Assembly (NCBI RefSeq): GCF_006345805.1
Contig: NW_021835091.1
Coordinates: 1-52,929 of the forward strand
Reading direction: 5' to 3'
DNA length: 52,929 bases
From: Octopus sinensis
Taxonomy: Eukaryota
Part shown: positions 50,690-52,929 of the stretch, piece after piece
Numbering within the stretch: the stretch's first letter is position 1
How the letters are laid out: the number at the start of each line of letters is the position of its first letter
The notes under the pieces: generated by a model
The model's input: the letters and a program-made list of their open reading frames with translations, nothing else
Database searches by the model: none
What the model was told of the DNA's origin: nothing
Program-made: the position numbers and the translations under genes

Positions 50690-50798
50690 TAATACACACA
50701 TATATATATATACATATATATATACATATATACATATATATATATATATACCTGCGTATATATATGTGTATATATATATATATATATATAATATATAT

Positions 50799-50876
<78 letters not shown>
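50620..50876. repeat. (TA)n microsatellite
   Basis: Directly visible. Confidence 0.95.
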
Positions 50877-50878
<2 letters not shown>

Positions 50879-51344
50879 TGTATTTATGTGTGTATGTACA
50901 AAGGAATTAAAACATTAAATGGGTTCTTTGCAAAGATAGTTTTCAAAATATCATGAACATCATCTCTGATTATTATCAGGTGTGTGGATGTCTGTGTGTG
51001 TTCATATATGTTTGTGCATGAGTATGTGTGTTTCTACGAGTGTGTGTGTATGTGTGTGTTTGTGTGTGTGTGTGATGGAAGGGTGGAGTTGGGTGGCAGT
51101 GAAGAACCATTAATGATAATAAACATTTGGGATGTAGTTGTGGGTGTAAAGGCTCTTTCGTATTGGTTGGGTGATGTTTAAATGAAAGGGGTTTGTTGTT
51201 GACGATGGCGGTGCTAATGGTGGTGGTTATGATGGTGGGGATGAAGGCTATGAAGGTGATGGTGGGGATGATGAAGATGTTGGTGATGATGATACTGATG
51301 TTGATAGTGGTCATGGTAATGGTGTGGTTTTGATCTGATCGAGA

Positions 51345-51560
51345 AGACCTTTTATCAAACGCATTCCAGCCATGACCATACAACCTCTTTTTTTTTTCAG
51401 GCATAGTGTGCTCCTGACTATATTGTCGAATTGTGTCCATTTTTGTTTTAAAGGCTGCAAGGAAGGTTTCGAGAGGGAATTTGTTACTCTTTCTAACCTG
51501 TCGGCTCATGAGGTGAAATCTAAACCGATGAAGATCCCCAACATCCATGATGCGTGTTGT
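51345..51560 (-). mobile_element. Possible CR1/L2 LINE 3' remnant
   Basis: RQVRKSNKFPLETFLAAFKTKMD weakly resembles RV...WN.LP....FK.KLD. Confidence 0.3.
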
Positions 51561-51862
51561 TGCGGTAGATAAAGACTGTTAGAGCTTCATCGCCATACTC
51601 TTCTTCTTCTATGGGACTAATCTACTAGTTGCTACGAATAGCCAAACACACACACTCACTAAACCAGGGTCATATAAGGTGTGGTTTAGTTGGTACATCA
51701 GTTAAGGAACCGGAGAATTAAGGAGTGACCCAAGACTGTACAGTGGATACTCTCTTTAAAAGATAACCCTTAGTCGTATTCCTCACCCAAAATTTGACAA
51801 AATCTCTAGAACGATGAAAGGCTACATTAACCCCGGTGAGGTTGGAGTATGAAGGAACTAAG

Positions 51863-52045
51863 TAAATCCTTTCTACTGGAAACACAAGGCCTAAAATTTG
51901 GGGAAAGGGATTAAGTCGATTACATCGACCCCAGTGCGTAACTGGTACTAATTTTATCGACTCCGAAAGGATGAAAGGCAAAGTCGACCTTGGTGGAATT
52001 TGAACTCAGAAATTAAAGACGTACGATTCTGCCAGCTCACCGCCT
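51863..52045 (-). mobile_element. SINE family A (internally deleted)
   Basis: ggcggtgagctggcagaatcgt..tctgagttcaaattccaccaaggtcgactttgcctttcatcctttcgg.gtcgataaaa. Confidence 0.85.
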
Positions 52046-52099
52046 TCGTGAATGAACTAAATACTGATATGCAGTTACTCCGATAATCTAATCCTTAGA

Positions 52100-52318
52100 A
52101 TAATGGTTTCAAATTTTGGTAGAAGGCGAGTAAATTCGGGGTAGGGAATAAATCTATTACATTGACTCCAGTACTCAAATGGTACTTGTTTTATCGATCC
52201 CGTAAAGGTCAAAAGGCAAAATTGACCACGGCTAAATTTGAACTCAGAACTTAAAGACGAACGAAATTCCGTTAAGCATTTCGCCCGGCGTGCAAACGAT
52301 TCTGCCAGTTCGCCGCCT
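52100..52318 (-). mobile_element. SINE family A
   Basis: ggcggcgaactggcagaatcgtttgcacgccgggcgaaatgctta..gttctgagttcaaatt. Confidence 0.85.
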
Positions 52319-52929
52319 AAGACAATACTTATAATAATAACATATGTGAATACATCATATGTGAATCGCATATATGAATAACATATCATATATGAATGTG
52401 TTGATGCTTGATGTTTTGGGGGAACAAGAGTGGTGCATTTCTAGGGTCAGCAGAACGTCGGATAGAATGCCTTCACAGTTTTCCAACCATCAACGCCTCA
52501 ACTACAAATACTACCGAAATTAACTTTGCCTTTCATCCTCTCGACGTTCAATAAAATAATGTACCAATCTAAGACGGTGGATTACGATACTTTGTAGCAG
52601 CTGTTTCAGCTCTTTTGGTTCTGAGGACAACAATGGCGCCACGCTGTATCAACCATTAGCTTTACTTCTGAAAACCATTGGCGCTGGGGAGAGGGGAGAT
52701 GGCCATATATCGGTAGCTATGGGCTCTCATAACAATAAAATAGCCTTATCCTGATCTGCGCCTTAAGGAGGAACTTCTCAAGGACAAATATTTGGTTTCA
52801 CAAAGTTACGAAAGCTACGACCCTCGAATGTATTTGAGGATAAAACGTCGAATGCTAGAAGGCGTTAATAAGGCGTGGTTGGGGCGGGGTTGGTTGTGCA
52901 TTAAATGAGAATGTTAACTTTAAAAAATT

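Overview
Repeat-saturated non-coding eukaryotic DNA. I infer it is octopus, from recalled SINE/LINE families, TTAGGG repeats and very high microsatellite density; this was not database-checked. I cannot support any host protein-coding gene, and most of the supplied ORF track is microsatellite artefact. Recognisable decayed autonomous elements: a rosa/DD41D-like Tc1-mariner (2.2-3.2 kb), a mariner with two 5' ends (8.8-9.7 kb), an RTE 3' fragment, a Penelope-like GIY-YIG fragment with an inverted end (12.1-13.2 kb), an internally deleted Ty3/gypsy (14.6-17.6 kb), a maT/DD37D fragment, a Chapaev3-like transposon with nested insertions (27.9-30.3 kb), HERO and CR1 3' fragments, and a near-full-length R4/Dong-clade retrotransposon (45.5-49.0 kb). 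There are also non-autonomous Helitrons, MITEs and many tRNA-derived SINEs. The most interesting signals are four. (1) A MITE family with 8-bp TSDs and GG termini carries internal telomeric repeats; it includes a three-step chain of insertions at each other's junctions (34.2-35.3 kb) and a chimera joined inside the telomeric tract. (2) Type I hammerhead-ribozyme-like motifs recur in several unrelated repeats, often as inverted pairs; the best has an intact core at 7301-7346 (minus). (3) An apparently identical ~500-bp direct repeat with 838-bp period sits between (TA)n tracts. (4) The R4/Dong element has different microsatellites at its two ends.
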